Shown: in pieces, positions 23,958-38,069 of the stretch | Layout: each line of letters begins with the position of its first letter | Position numbering within the stretch: position 1 is the first letter of the stretch | Assembly: GCA_026936335.1 (NCBI GenBank) | Contig: JAPMXV010000043.1 | Coordinates: forward strand, 124,001 to 188,000 | Direction: 5' to 3' | DNA length: 64,000 bases | Source: Mantamonas sphyraenae STR306 | Lineage: Eukaryota > Protista > CRuMs | The notes under the pieces: generated by a model | What the model saw: the letters and a program-made list of their open reading frames with translations, nothing else | Told to the model about the DNA's origin: nothing | The model's database searches: none | Translations under genes and position numbers: made by a program

Positions 23958-26902
23958 TCACATGACCACCACGGCGGTCTGGTTCTTGAACAACTCGACG
24001 GTGACATGGCCCAGGAAGGCCGGGATGGAATGCAACTTGCTCAAGTACACCGTAATCTCCTTACCAAGCCTCTTGGTGAACTCAGTCTCGAGGAGATGGA
24101 GCGAGTCGTCGTCGGACATGGCAAAGAGGAGTGTGTCCTCTTCACGTTCCATGTACACCGAGCGCAAACGGTACCGGCGGCCCTCGTCCTCCATATTGAC
24201 GCTGTAACCCGTGAGGTTGAAGATGGCCTCGCGGAATTTACGCGTCTTTTCCGTAAAGACCTCCACGTAGCGTTGCAAACGCAGGTTGAGGGTTTGGATT
24301 TCGCGCGCCTGCTTTTTGACCTCCACGCGCAGCCGCTGGACCTCGGTGGCCTCTGAACTCACGTCCTTGCTTGTGCTCAACAAAGCGCTCGGGATTGCAC
24401 CCTGGCCTCGCTTGCGCGCACTCTCTGTGAGCCTGTCAAGTTGTGTGCGGAGGGCTGTGTTTTCGCTCTCCAGTTCGCCTAGACGTTCCATGGCTTCGTC
24501 CTGCTGCTTCATACTGCGCGGGTTCTGGCGCATGTGCAGGACCTTTGTGGTCTCTGGGTCGTAGTAGCCCTGGCCCAGCTTGCGTTCCATGCGCTCCATC
24601 TGCTTGTACAACCTTTCGGCTTCTGCATTCAGCTCTGCGTTCTCGCGCGTCAGCTTGTCCACCTTTGCGGTCAAACCCTGGCTGCTTGTGTTGCCACTGT
24701 CCATCTCCCCCTGGAGCGACACCAGCTTTGCGTCCAAGGCCCAGTTTGTGCGCTCGAGACCGCGCACAAGCGTCTGCAAGTCCAGCACCTGCTGTGTTTT
24801 TGCTTCCAGAGTACCACGCAGCTCCTGGACGTCTGCCTCTGCGCCCACCAGGGTGGCCTGTGTGGCCTCCAGGCGCTCTTTCAGTTCTGTCAGCTGTGCG
24901 TTGGCTTTCTCATCGCCGGATGCCGTCTCGTATGACTGCAACAGCTGCTGCAGACCCTTGGATTCCTGCTTGGCGTAGGCGAGTTGCCTGCGCAGGTCCT
25001 TGTTCTGCGCTTGCATCACCTCAAGCTCGTTGCTGGCCTTGGCCAACTGTTCGGCACCTTGTTCCGATTCGGTGGAGAAGGCTTCGAAGCGCTGGAGCAT
25101 GGACTTGATTTGTGCGTGAAAGTCCTGCTGCTTGCTGCCCAACCAGACGTTTTCCTTCTGCAAGGTGCGGATCATGGAGTGGATTCCGCTCGGGGTGGGC
25201 GGCTGGGCAAGGGAGGACAGTTCGTCCTTCCAGTCGTTCAACTCAGCCTCGGTCCTGTTCAGTTTGCGCTGCACTTCTTCCATGCGTGCGTTGCGCTGCT
25301 CTGCGTACTTGAGTTGCGTGCGCAGCGTGCGAATTTGCTCGTGGAGCTCCTCCACGTTGTTGTCCTGTTCCTTGAACTTTTCCAGCTGCTTTTGTGCGTG
25401 GTTGAACGCCGTCTCCTTGTCCATGTAGTACTTGAGCTCCTGCTTCAGGGTATCGACGAGTGCCCCCGAGTTGCCCTGCCTGTCGAGCAGCTTTTGCAGC
25501 TCGAGGATGCGCGATTCGGCCTGCTGCAGGCTTGTGCGCAGACGTTCGGGATCCTGCTCGCCTGCCTTGATGGGTGTGCCGGTCACTGAGGATGCCACAT
25601 ACGCGTCCAGTTGCTTGCGCACCGATTCGAGCTCAGCGCGATGGCGCTCGGTGGTGTTCTCATGTTCCACGCGGACTTCGTTGAGCTCGCGCTCCAACGC
25701 AGACTTTTCGCTGCGCGCACGAGAGGTGAGTTCGCTGAGCTGGTCGCTGAGCTGCAGTTTGGTCTTTTCCAGAACACGTATCTGTTCGGTGAGTTCCACC
25801 TTTGTTTTCAGGTGCAGCATTTCGGTGCGTTGCAACCTGTCCCTGTACTCCGATTCCGATTGCGCCAGGCTCTGGTACTTCTGTTCCGTGTTTTTGCTGG
25901 ACTTGTTCTGGCTCTGTCGCGCAAGCTCCAGCTGCGCCTTGAGATGGTCGACGTTCACGTTTGCCTCTGCCAGCTCCTTTGTCTTTGTCTGCAGGCGGGC
26001 CTCGAGCACCACGATGCGCTTGCGGTCTGTGTTGTTGGCGGGATGGGATGGGGGACGTGGTGCGTGATTGGCGGGATCGTTTGTGGTGGAGGTGGGGGTG
26101 TTCCGGGGGTTGTGGGGGTTGTGACGCCGAGTCAGTTTGTGAGCGCTGGCCGCGTGCGCATGCGCTCTCACTCACCTGCAGACGTGTAGGCGTCAAGTTG
26201 CGTCTCCAGGTCCTGCACACGTGCAGCAAGTTCCTTGTTTTGCTGCACAAGCTTGGTCTGTGGGGGAAGGGGCAGGTGCAGCGGAGGAGAAAGCGTCAGC
26301 AGCGAGAAGCGAAGCGCGCCAAGATCGGGCACACGGACCATAGTTCCTTCGGACGAGCCCAGAAACGCCCCAGAGGCGGACGGGGCCGGCAGACGGCTCG
26401 CATGGGTGGTCGACGAGGTGTTTGAGTAGATGGAAGCAGTGGAAAGGTTGCTGGACGACGTGGGGGACAGGACGGCGGAGTTGAGCCGGCGCTTCTTCTC
26501 CATCTGGCGTCGTGCAAAGCTGTCGTTGAGGGCCACCGAGCCTGTGGAGGTGTTTGCCACACGCGAGGAAGCGTCAAGCATGCCCGGATGCACATCCTCA
26601 TCTTCGCCAAGGCCCGAGGCAGAGTAGGTGCGCGAACGCGTGCTGGCCGTCCGGGCAGTGGTGCTCGTGGCGCTTGACGAGGCCTCGAGGGCAAACTGGG
26701 CCTCGGACAAGGGCGAGTCGAGGGTGGACAAGGTGGTGGACCGCTTGGAGGCAGACATGGTGAAGCGTGACGGCGTGCCCACTGTACTAAAGCGCTTGCG
26801 CGTCGTCTGGGGCGACGTCAGCCGCATGAAGCGATCGCGTGTGGAGGCGGCGCTGCCGGGTGTTCGCGAGCTCATGGGAATCTGTTGGTGTGGAGTGGGC
26901 AT
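23958..26902 (-). CDS. MAD1: Spindle assembly checkpoint protein Mad1
   Basis: Long coiled coil; Mad2-interaction motif KVLHMRQNP; C-terminal FREAIFNLTGY...YRLRSVY...SIPAFLGHVTVELF. 5' exons are joined by introns (GTGCGT, GTGAGT donors). Confidence 0.9.
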
Positions 26903-27281
26903 GGCTGGGCGAGATCACCCACACCTCTATGCAGCGCCCATGTGTGCACATGGGATGTGTTTCTGTGAGCGGCCCGGCACTTGGTCCACTGCATTGCGGC
27001 AGTGAAGAAGAGGGGCTTCGACCTCGCTGCCTGAAACGAGGCCAGCAGCGGCCGGACACAGCAACAGCATGGACGTCTGGGTCGCTGATGATAATATCAA
27101 GTGCGTGGGTGTGGCAGGTGGATGTGGATTGCTGGGGTAGGGTCGAAGGACGCGCCGGTGAGTGCTGCAGACTTTTGGTCGCCTCACACAAATGTGGAGG
27201 CATCCAACGCAATTGTCGCTCACAGAATACAAACATTTGGAACACGTACATTCGTTGACGATTCCTCATGTGGCAGTACGC

Positions 27282-28242
27282 TCAGGCGGATCCGTACGCG
27301 AGACTGGCAAGAACGGCGGCGGCGACTCCGTGAGCGCCCTTTGAGGCGTGGTCGACGTTGACATCCCACGTCGCAATAGGACGTCCAAAGCACTGGCCAC
27401 AATGAAGAAATCCAGACTCGAGCTTGACGGTACCGGTTTCGTTGAAGAACTTGCGCGAAAAGGCAAAGGCAAACTGAGACAGACCAAGGTCGCCCTGTGC
27501 GCTGACCATGGCCGAAGAAGAGCACTGAGGACAGCACAGCAGATTGCATGGGGAGCAGAAGCAGTCGAAGCAGCAGGAGCCGACGTTGTAGCCGCAGGCC
27601 ACGGACGCCTCTGTCTTGCCGTTGACGATCACGTCAACAACGTTTGCACTGCAGCTGCATGCACAACATCCAGCCATGTTTCGCTCAATGACAAAGTCGC
27701 CAAAGTCGAAGCGGACATTGCGCGAAAAGAAGAAGAAGATGCGGGAGAGCAGGGTCGACTCCTCTTCCGCCGTCCACTCCTCGCCTGTTGACGTGTTGGT
27801 CACCGTGCACGTTCTTTTCAGCGCTCCAAATAGGAGAAAGTTCACGAGAGGAAGGAAGATGGGGATGATGCCCATTGCGCGCTTCCAGATCCCAGGTGGG
27901 TTCTTGATGAAGGGGATGAGGTTGCTGGGGTTGTCCCATGTCGGAAGAGCGTGCGCAGGGTGATCGTCGACCGCCCCACATTAAGGTGTGTGTGAATGGA
28001 CACGATTTCTACGTCAGGTCCAGAAAGGACCAGCTGGATGGCGCCACGGCGGAGAAGAGGAAACGATGTGGCGCACGAAAAAATCGAAATGTACATGCAA
28101 CCCACCAACAGCTGTTCAACACCGTGCTGATGCTCATGAGACCACCACATGCAGCGGTGAAAGTCACATTGAAGTTGGTTCCTTCCAGCGGATTTTTTCC
28201 ACCGGATTGGATGTTCAGCTTGACGTCGTTGGGGTTGGCCAT
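27282..28242 (-). CDS. Phospholipid scramblase/LURP-one-like Cys-rich protein (spliced)
   Basis: AEEESTLLSRIF...VIERNMAGCCACSC resembles the scramblase E-S-x-x-x-R / ERP-x-x-C-C pattern; Cys clusters and a terminal hydrophobic helix. Confidence 0.5.
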
Positions 28243-28971
28243 CGCTCTGTCTTTTTTTGGGTGGCTGGACGGTCGCACGCTGACACCTGGGCGCCCAGGA
28301 CACCCTGAACAGTCGAAGGATGCACTCTGACACACGCTTCTGTGCATGAGAGTGTCACAACTGGATCACGGTGGTCTCCACGGTCTCTCCGAAGGGGTTG
28401 ATGTTTGCAGAGTGGAGTTTGCGTCGGGTTTGCGTGGAGTTTGGGTTCCTTGACGTCCTTGTCGTTTGTCTTTTTGGTGAGTGGCCGTGTCGCTGATGAG
28501 GTTCATTTTCCGCGTTAAATCTAGCCGGGCTGCATTACATAAGCGATCATCACGCATCCAACATTTTTCTTTTGTTGCCACACCCTCCCTCTTGTGAATG
28601 GATCGAACGCCGCGCCAAACGTCTGAACGAGTTTCAGAAACACCCTCCCCGCTTGCAACAATGGCCAGATACTTGCCTGCACTTTCCCCTCCAGTGTGGG
28701 ATACACTACGATTCAGATGTCACCGCGAACACGATGGAGTTCCACGGAGAATGCCTGCTCCGCGCCAGACGGGCTCGTGTCAGCTTCCGACTCGGCGCGC
28801 CTTCCTTTGAGTGTGTAGTACACCACAGACATGTACGCCACACAAAAAAAGCATGAGAGCATGCTTTTGCAAGCGATGTGACATGCACAGGAACAGAGAT
28901 TTGCGAGTGCCCAGACAATCGCCAACTTTGTGCATATTGAATACTGCCCTTCGGGCCACACGATGTGATGC

Positions 28972-29753
28972 ATGTCCACGATTTGGCAACAAAGTCAGAT
29001 CAAGATCAGAACGGCGCTCCGAAGCAACGTTGGTCTGCCAGAGAACGTGGACGGCGAGGCGAGACCCGGGAGGACAGGTCGAGGGCAGGCTGAGGATGGG
29101 CGTCATCAAACCAACCCACTGGGTGCCTACCACCCGTCACAGGATGTAGGTTTCGTTTTCCCGAGCCCAATCGTGTTGCGCTTGCTCATTCAAACCGAAC
29201 CGCCTGAAAGGATGCCCGGTCGTCCCGCTCTGCGGCGAACCGTGCCGGCGTCTGACATCCAACTGGAGGAGGTGGTCGTCGAGGTGGCCACCATGGAGGA
29301 CTCCACCACTGGGGCTGGCCCTGGCGAGGAGAGCGAGGTGGAGGAAGGGCCAGCGGCAGTGGCCGCCGAGGAGACCATGGACGAAGAGGAAAGCGAAAGC
29401 GATAGCAGCAGCGAAGACGACGACGACGACGACGACGGATTCCATGTACGGAGACCCGTCGGAAGAGGGTTCAGCATGCGCCGTGGTCTGTCCTTGAAAG
29501 AGTCTGGGCGGCAGAGCCCGGCGGACTTGGAACGGCAGCGAAGTCAGCGAGCGCAGGCCCTGGGCCGCCGCGCGGCACATCTGGCTCAGCACTCTTCGTC
29601 GGAAATCTCTTCGGCAGATGTGGAAAAAGCAGTGCACGAGGTGGAAACGCAGCGGCAAGACTCGGGCAGAAGCACACCTCAGGGATTGGTGCGCGAGCAG
29701 TCTCCCATGCAGCTGCAAGGGGCGCTGTCGTTGGACGTGAGCGGCTGGCTGGC

Positions 29754-29784
<31 letters not shown>

Positions 29785-32700
29785 AAAGACGACAACGACT
29801 CTGAAGCCGAAGGCAGCGAGAGCGACAACGAGAGCGAAGCGTCGCTGGATCACGACGAGGAATCTACACAACCCGCAGCCGGGGTGGGCGCCGGCAAAGG
29901 CAGCAAAGGCGCCTCGATCTCGCGTCACGGGGAGGACAAGGGCAAGGCGCACGTACCCCGACCTAAGCTGTCAAAGCTGACGTCGTTGTCGCAAAGTGTG
30001 TCGACGTCGAGCTCAGGGCATGCGTTGATGATGGCGCACGCATCCCAGGCGCAGTTGAACGCGGTTGCGGCCGTGTATTCGCCAGCAAACACCGAGGGGC
30101 CTCTGACAGAGTTTATGCATGCCAACGATGGCAAGGGTGGAGAAGTGACGGCCTTGGACATGCAAGGATACTATCAGCACTTGCATTTGACACACGTACG
30201 TGGTGGCAGCGAGCATCCTGGGAACGCTGTGCTGGACCACTTTGCGGAACTGTGCAGCGTCGTCACGCACTCGGCCAACCTGCACACCTTGTCGTTGGCT
30301 TGCAACAAACTGGACGACACGAGCATGGCGCCGCTGTGCGCTGCGGTTGCGCAAAACCGCTCGTTGACGGAACTGAGTCTGCGCGACAACAGGATCCAGG
30401 CAGAAGGGAGCAAGATGCTTGGCGAAGCGCTGTGTCGCAACTCAACCCTGCGTTCGCTGAGTTTGGCCTCGAACGAGCTGACGAGTGTGGCAGGAATGGC
30501 GCTGGGTCGAGCTCTTAACCAAAAGAGCTGCGCGCTGACGTCGCTGTCCGTGCGCAACTCGTCGCTGGGTGACAGGGGCGTGGAAGCACTGTTCCTTGCT
30601 CTGGAGGGCAACATGACGCTTCAGTCGCTGAACCTGGAGAGCACCGGGGTACAGGAAAACTCGATGGCTGCACTGAGCGGCCTGCTGAGCACCAATGGAT
30701 GTGCGCTCCGGTCACTGGTCCTGCGCAAGAACAACCTGGGGGACCTTGCAGGACGCACGCTCACGCGTGTGTTGAGCCAGAACAAGACGCTGACGAGCCT
30801 GGATCTGGAAAACACAGGGGTGGGCGGTGACACAATTGCATCGCTGGCCGACTCGCTGGCGACCAACGACTCCCTGCGCCAGCTGATTTTGCGCTCCAAC
30901 GAGGTACGCGACGTGCGCATGCTGATGGGGGCGCTGGCACACAACCGCACCTTGCAGGATTTGGACCTCAGCGGGAACAAGCTGACCGACGCAGGCTTGC
31001 ACGGCATCGGCACCCCGCTAAAGAGCAACAAGTCACTGAAGCGACTGGATTTGCGCAACAACCTGTTTACACATGCCAGCAACGACGAATTCCTGGAGAT
31101 TCTGGGCGGTGGCACCATGGAGCACCTGTTTGTGCGCAACCAGGCGAGCAGGAACACAATGGAGGAGGAGGGGGAGCAGCTGGTGTACGTGGTGTGTCAC
31201 ATTCTGCGCTTCTCCAACGTGCTGGCATCGCTTCACATGGACAAAATCGACGTGCGCACGCAAGCGCAGATGTTTGGGCGATCGGTGGCAAAGAACACGT
31301 CGCTGCACACTCTCAGCATGAAAGAATGCCACATTGAAGGGAACGCCATGGGACCTGTGCTGGCCGGGCTGAAAAAGGCACCCAATCTGCGTGTGTTGGA
31401 TTTGAGCAGCAACATGTTCCGCGAGAATGGTGCCCTGGCGCTGTCCAACTTTCTGATGCACAACAAGCGCCTGGAACGGCTGTATCTGTCGAGCTGCTTG
31501 CTGCGCGCACGTGGATGTCAAGGGATCATGGGGGCGTTGGTGGAGAGCCCGCAGCTGTGTGCCCTGGATTTGAGCAACAATCAGTTGACGGACAAAGGGG
31601 TTCAGCTTGTGGCAGACTTGCTGCGCGACAACCACCTTTTGATCGACCTGGACCTGTCGTGGAATGCAATGACACGGGTGGGACTGGCGTATTTGTGCCA
31701 AACGATCCCCACGTCTGCTTTGCAGCGGCTGCGATTGGCGGGAAACCGGCTGCGTGCGGGTGGCATGCACGAACTGATGACGATGATGGGTGCGGCTGCG
31801 CCAGGATCGATTGCGCTGCGTCATCTCGACTTGGGACAGCTGGACGAGCGGCTGACAGAGGCGTCGATGGTTGCGTTCAGCGCGGTGTTGGTGAGTGGAG
31901 CATGCACTCTGCAAAGTCTGGTTCTTGGAGGCGTGTCTGTGGACCCGGAAGCAATGGAGCTGCTGACAGAGGCGGTGGGCAACCCCGAGTGCTCGCTGCA
32001 GGAGCTGGATTTGCATCGGGGCGTACGCAGCGTGAGCTGCATGGCCAAGGTGGGAGCGGCTGCGCGGCGCAACAAGCGGTTGAGTACGCTGATTGTGGGC
32101 ATGGTGGAGGAAGTGCGTGATACAGAAGTGATGGACAAGGCGATTGAGGCGCTTGCGAAGGAGTTGCACGGAAGCAATGTGGAACGGCTGGCGATTCTGG
32201 ACATGCACACAGGAGATTGCGCAGGCCCGGAGCTGTGCAAGCTTCTGCGCTCGGGCACACTGAGAAACTTGGACATCAGCGGCGGATCTGTGGACAGGAA
32301 GCTTGTGTCGCAGCTCAGGGAGCTGGGCAAAGAACACGAGCAACGCGGGTTGCGGCGGCTGACGCTGCACATTGGCCGAAACCAGCGAGTGTTCGTAAAG
32401 GCCAGCCACTTGGACCCCATCACACGGGGCAAAAACTCGGATGTGGTGGCTGCAAACGGGTGGACAACGCTGCAGGCTGGGCTGAAGGAAGTGCGCAACA
32501 TGCTCTACCCAGTGGTGCAGGCGTCGTCTGGGTCGTCTTCGGGGTCGTCATCCTCGTTGTCGTTGTCGTCGCAGGCCCACCGTGCTTCTGTGGAACAGAG
32601 ACTGGCGGAAATTCTGGACGCAAACAACGACGGGTGGCAGCTGGAATTGCAGGAAAAGGTGGACGTGCGCTCGGAGGACAGTGCGTGCAAGGTGGTGTTT

Positions 32701-35685
32701 TTCCTGATGAGCCTGTGTGCGCAACACGACCTCCCGGGACTGCTGATGGCTGTCATTGCTCAGGTATTGGGCATCCAGGATCTTGTGGATATGCAAAAGA
32801 CAGGCAAGGTGTCGGCAGGGCTGCACGACTTGTTGTCGCTGCGGCATGCAGAAACGCAGGCGTCGGTGATGCACTTTGCGGCGACTGGGGACGCGGTGGA
32901 TGTGGCTCGATTCCTGTACGGGATTGTGGGCGTGCCAGGGGTGAATGCACGTGCGGTGGACGGCACAACGGTGTTTGAGCAGGCGTTGCGCAGCGGGAGC
33001 AAGCGGATGATGGCGTTTCTGGTGGAGGCTGGAGCCGACAAGTTTCTGTCGCTGGTGGTGGAGCGAAGGCGTGTGGATGGCTTCTCGCCGCTGCACAAAC
33101 TTGCTGGACGACCGCAGGAGTCGATGGTGCAGCTGCAGCTGGAAGGGATGGCCAAGGAGGACCTGCTGAAGGCTGTGCACGGCCACGAAGATCCATTTGG
33201 ACGTACGCCGTTGCATATCGCGGCGGCGCAGGGAATTCGGTCGAACGTGCAGCAGCTGCTTGAGATGGGCAGCAAGACAGACGCCTCGGACTTTTTGGGT
33301 TGGACACCGCTGCACGACGCGGCAGTGGAGGGCTGGACGGAGACAGCACGGATGCTTTTGAGTGAGCACAGACGCGCAGCAAACCGGGACGGCCTGAACA
33401 CGATGGATGCACTGTTTGACTTGGTGAACAGGGAAAATGGTGAGATGCTGACGCCGCTGGAACTGTGCATACGGAGCGAGAAGCGAGAGCTGGAGCGGCT
33501 CAAGACGATGTTGTTTGGACACGCACACCTGATTGCGTGCGAGTGTTGTGTGGACGAGCGCAAGATGCAGTCCGACTTTTCCGAAGCACAATTGCGTGTA
33601 TTGGAGGAGAACGAAGACACGGCAAACAGACTCCAGACGCTCAGTGCGACGGGGGAGAATGCCCTGTCGTACGATGTGCACCAAAAGGTGTTTCGATTGC
33701 GCGAGATGCAGCTTGTGTTGCGCCGGCACGGAGCGCTGCCTCCAGGCGGCCGATCGTTTGTGTGGTTCAAGCGCTACGCAGACTTTTTCTTCCGAGTGAT
33801 GGTGCCGTATATGGCACTGAGCCCATTCCTGATGATGGTCGGCCTCCTTACAATTCTGCTGAGCACAGACGAGGACGTCGAGCGTGCCCTCGTTTTGCGA
33901 GAAACGTACGGGGCCAGGCAAATGCGGCAGACGCTTCAGGTGGACGAAGACGAGGAGGATGTGGAAATGCATGTGCACGAGACAAGCATGGTTTCGGGTC
34001 GCCACAAAACAACGACTCACAGAAGCAGGGCAGCGCGGGCGGCTGCGGCAAAAGTCGACCAGAAGCACGGTCGCTCCGAGACGGCCAAGCTGGGCCGTGG
34101 AGCGCTTTCGATGACCGATCGCTTGCAACGTGACCAAAGCCAGGTGTCACGCGACATGGAGATGCACCTGATCTCGAGTGCGCATGATTTCGCAGTGCGG
34201 CAGTCGGCTTTGTCGTCGGCGGCGACCGCAGGGGTCGCTGCTGGAGGTGAAGCTGCGGGCTCCGGGTCGGGTGAGTTGACGGGCTCTTTGGCGATGGCAA
34301 TGTCGACGTCGGGAAGGGCTTCGTACAGCATAGGGGCGGGAGGAGTGCGCAACAGGAGGCGGTCGCGGAGGATGCACGCAGGGGTCAGCATGTCGATGGG
34401 CGGGGCGGAAGCGAAACCGAGCGCAAGCAGCACGCTGGCAGTCGCCAAGTCGCTGAGTCTGAGTGCAAGCACGGCTGGTGGCGAGGGGAGCGGGTCGAGC
34501 ATCAGTGTCGGGGAAGAGGTGCACGGGCTGGCGAGGCAAGGAAGCTCTGGGGACGGAGAGGGGTCGAAAGGGGTGGATGTAGAGCAAGCGGTGGCATTGG
34601 ACCTGTTTTTGCTGCAGGCGATGCCGAGGAGCAGGCTTGGGGTGGTTGTGGGTGCGTCGCTGGTGTTTTGGCTGCTGCTGCTGGTGTTCTTCCCGTTTGT
34701 GTTTCCGTTTGCGCTTGGTGCCGGCGAGTCTCAGCAAGTGGCAACGGTGATGACGGCGAGCCTGGGGGTGTTTCTGTTTGCGGTGATGGGGTTTGTGGTG
34801 GGGTTGGCGTACAACGACCCGCGGTTCACCACGGTGGACAATCCCAGGCGCAAGGTGCGCAGCTGGAACAGGCGCAACGTGTTGGCTCTAGCGCAGTTGT
34901 TCATCGAGTTTGCGCAGCTGGCATCGTTCTCTGTGTTGACCGGGTGGCTGCCAACTTCTGAACCAAGCCCCGTAGTCGAGCAGGTGGCGCGTGGATTCTG
35001 GTTGCTGGTGCGTGACACGAGCGCATGGGCGTTTTGGACAAGTGTGGGTACGGGCACGCTGTGGATTGCTCTCTCTGCGTACCTGGGAGGGACACTGCTG
35101 GTGCAAGAGAACGAGCTGACACTGGGCCATCGGTACCGGTTCTTGGGGATGGAGTTTCTGTCACGGATCCCACTGTCCGTGTACGTGCTGCCACTTGTGC
35201 CCAACTCCCTGTTTCTGCCGATCACAAGCAACCTGTTGTCGGCACTGGACTGTCGCATGGACACGTCGACGGCCACGCTGCGGAGTGTGGGCCTGCCGAG
35301 TGCTGGACCGTGCTTTGTGGGCACGCACGCAGCCATTGCGTGCATCGCAGTGCTCGTGCTGGTCCTGTACGTGGTGAATGCGATCTTTCTGGGGTCGTTT
35401 TTCATTGAAGACCGAACAGGCAAGCTGGACATCCAAGTTGTGGAGGCATTTGTGATGAGCGAGAAGCTGGTGAAGTTTGCATTGTCGTTGCTGCAGACGT
35501 TTGTGCTTGCGGATGCACAGTTTCGTGCAATCGGACTGTGGATTGCGGCTTTTCTGGTGGTGGCGCTGACTGTGCTGCACGCAGTGGTGCGCCCGTGCAA
35601 GGATGTGATGTGGGTGAACGTCCTGCGCACACTCTTGCTGGCAGTAGCGTCTGTGAGTGTGGTGTTGGCCGCGTTGGACGGGTGA
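28972..35685 (+). CDS. Giant RI/NLRC3-type LRR + ankyrin + multi-TM protein (true start may be ATG 29212)
   Basis: Intronless 2237-aa ORF: acidic N-terminus, many 28-aa LRRs (NRSLTELSLRDNRIQAEG, NKTLTSLDLENTGVG), ankyrins (GRTPLHIAA, GWTPLHDAA) and about 8-10 C-terminal hydrophobic helices. Confidence 0.85.
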
Positions 35686-35713
35686 GGAGAGCACAGGCAA
35701 TGCAAGCAATGCA

Positions 35714-37248
35714 TCAGAAGCCGAGCGACTTGCAAACGTCGAGACTCTTGCTGCGTGTCATGTTGCAGGACATGAACACGGCAGCGAGCGCTTTTTCAGA
35801 GTCGTACGAAGCAGCGGCCACAGAGAGAGCGCGGTAGAGGTCGAGCGGGAGCGGGTAGCGGCGGATGATGTCTGTGGCGGTCACCGGGCCGACGCCGGGC
35901 ACCTTGCACAGCATGCTCCACCAGAGGTGGACGGCAGTCTCGCGGCGAGATTTTTCGGTGCGTGCCTGGTAGTGGGCAAACGTGACGAGCTGGGCGGTGC
36001 CACTGACTGGCACGGTGGGCTGGTGGTCGAGGAGGTACTCGGCCGGGGTGATTAGCGGGCCAAAGGAGACAAGGGAGGCAACGCCTCGCTGGAGGACAAC
36101 TCGCTCGAGGACGTGTGTAAACTGGGCGAGCTGGGTGGCTGTGCCGTGTAGGTTTCGTGTCTGTACAAACTCTGCGACGTGTGTGACGAGTGCGCTGAGG
36201 GTGGACTGGAGGCGTTTCCAGGCGTGGTCGTGGGCCATGCGCTCCATGTCGCCCTCAAGGAGATAAAGGACGTGCTGAAGACCAGAATGGCGCATGCGAA
36301 AAAGCTGTTCTTTGTAGCGTCCCTTGGTGATGCTGGCGAGGAGATCGTCGATGGTTTTGCGTTCCACGGCCCAGTTGACCATAAACTCTGTGGGCCTGCC
36401 GTGGGAGTCGAGCACCTGTGGGTGAGTGGCAACCCAGCAGTAGTCAGCAGCGTGGAGGGGCCGCACGTCAAACTTGATTCCTTGTTGGCGCAGCAGCGGG
36501 AGGAGAGTTGTGTTGTGCTCCTGCTTGTTCTTTTCGCCTTTGTCCACCAGCAGCATGAGCTGAAACTGTTTGCCCATGGTTGGGTCAACGATGGGTCTCC
36601 AGTCTCTCTTTGAGCAACAGAGCGCACGCTGGCGCTTGTTCTGGCGTTGTTCCTCCTCGGGTAGTTTGCGCTTGAAGCGTGAGGATTGAAGAATGAGGAT
36701 GGGCTGTGCGGTGTCCGGGTAGGTGGAGGAGGAAGAGGCGGTGGAGTATGCTGGGTAGGTTGGGTAGACGGCGGACGAGGAGGTGGCGGTGGTGGAGACG
36801 GAGGGGCGTGACGTGCCGGTGATCACGCGTTGGTTTGCCCGAGGCCTTGCTCGGGCGGTGGAGGTGCCAGAGGAAGAGGAGGAGGAAGAAGAGGAAGAGA
36901 GGCACGGGAGGCGGCGGCGGCGGCGGCGGCGGTTTTGGCTTTGACCTGCTTAGAGGTGGCCTTGCTGACGACGGGGCGGCGCAACAGAGCAAGCATGGGC
37001 TGGTCGCCCGCGTATTCCTTGGTCAATTGAGTGACGAGGGCATCGACTGTCTTTGCACCAATGCCACGGAGATTGGAAAAGTCTTGGAGGGAACGGACAC
37101 GCACGGAACCGCTGCGCATTGCCGACTGGGCGTTCTGCAAATGTCGCAGGGCGTACCCGTAGCGATCGTTGCCCTGGAACCTCTCTCTACGGTTTTTAAT
37201 CCACTTGCCAAGCCACTGCAGGACGACGTTGTGAAAACGCTCGGCCAT
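35714..37248 (-). CDS. MUS81: Crossover junction endonuclease Mus81; frame break near 36900
   Basis: N-terminal HhH (LRGIGAKTVDAL); ERCC4 domain LLVDKGE...ADYCWV...VERKTIDDLLASITKGRYKEQ...YLLEG; C-terminal HhH (VPGVGPVTA). Confidence 0.87.
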
Positions 37249-38069
37249 TTTTGGTTTGGTTTGGTTTGGTTTGGTTTGGCAGGGCTGGAGCGCCTTTCGT
37301 CTCTTAGAGAAGATTGATAAAAACGAGGGGGGTTTTGGCAGCATCCCGTCTGTCGCAGCACACAGCGTGCTCACCCACACACACAATCACAGAGGAAGGG
37401 TGTGGGTGTGCATGGTTTGGCGGCGACGGATGGACGCTGAGGGAAACACGGGGCAATCGAAGGAAAACGCAATAGTTTGGTGCGTTTGGCCACCCCCTCA
37501 TATTTGCGTCATTTGAATGGACGCAGATGGGACCAGATACGCGAATGTACTCGGGGCTGAAAAAAAACGGGGCTGGGGAAAGGCATGCACGAGGGAAACA
37601 AAGGGCGGGTTTGGGCGTGCTCTCAGTCATTGCTTGCTTTGCTCGGCTCCACGCCAGGCTGCAGCGTGGACATCTGAGCCATCGCGGGCCCGGCGCGTCA
37701 GCGACGGCTTCAGCTGGCTTGCGTCTGGTCCTAAAAGGACCGACGGCCGACACCGGAGACCAGACCCAGACCCAGACCCACACACACACACGTTGCGATC
37801 GCACAGGTGTTTCTGTTCAGAGAGAACAGAGATTCGCGTCATCCCATGAAAACGGGGTGGCCGATATCCCTGCCGTTCTGCAGGCGACGCTGAGCTCATC
37901 ACAGACACAAGGTCGAACGCAAGTGTGGCGGGGAAAAGGGAAGGGAATCGACGCGGTAGCTAAAGGGCGAGGCGCGGGTAACCGCAGGCGGAGAGAGATG
38001 ATTCACACGGGGCAGCCCCCATCCGGCCTGCTCAGGAATTTAGGAAACATGACACGGGCCGCTTGAGGA

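Noticed and set aside
37300-38066. ORFs 37527-38066 and 37304-37804 as genes
   Set aside because: No recognisable motifs and they contain simple repeats (gaccca, ca); probably MUS81 promoter or CDC20 3' UTR sequence.
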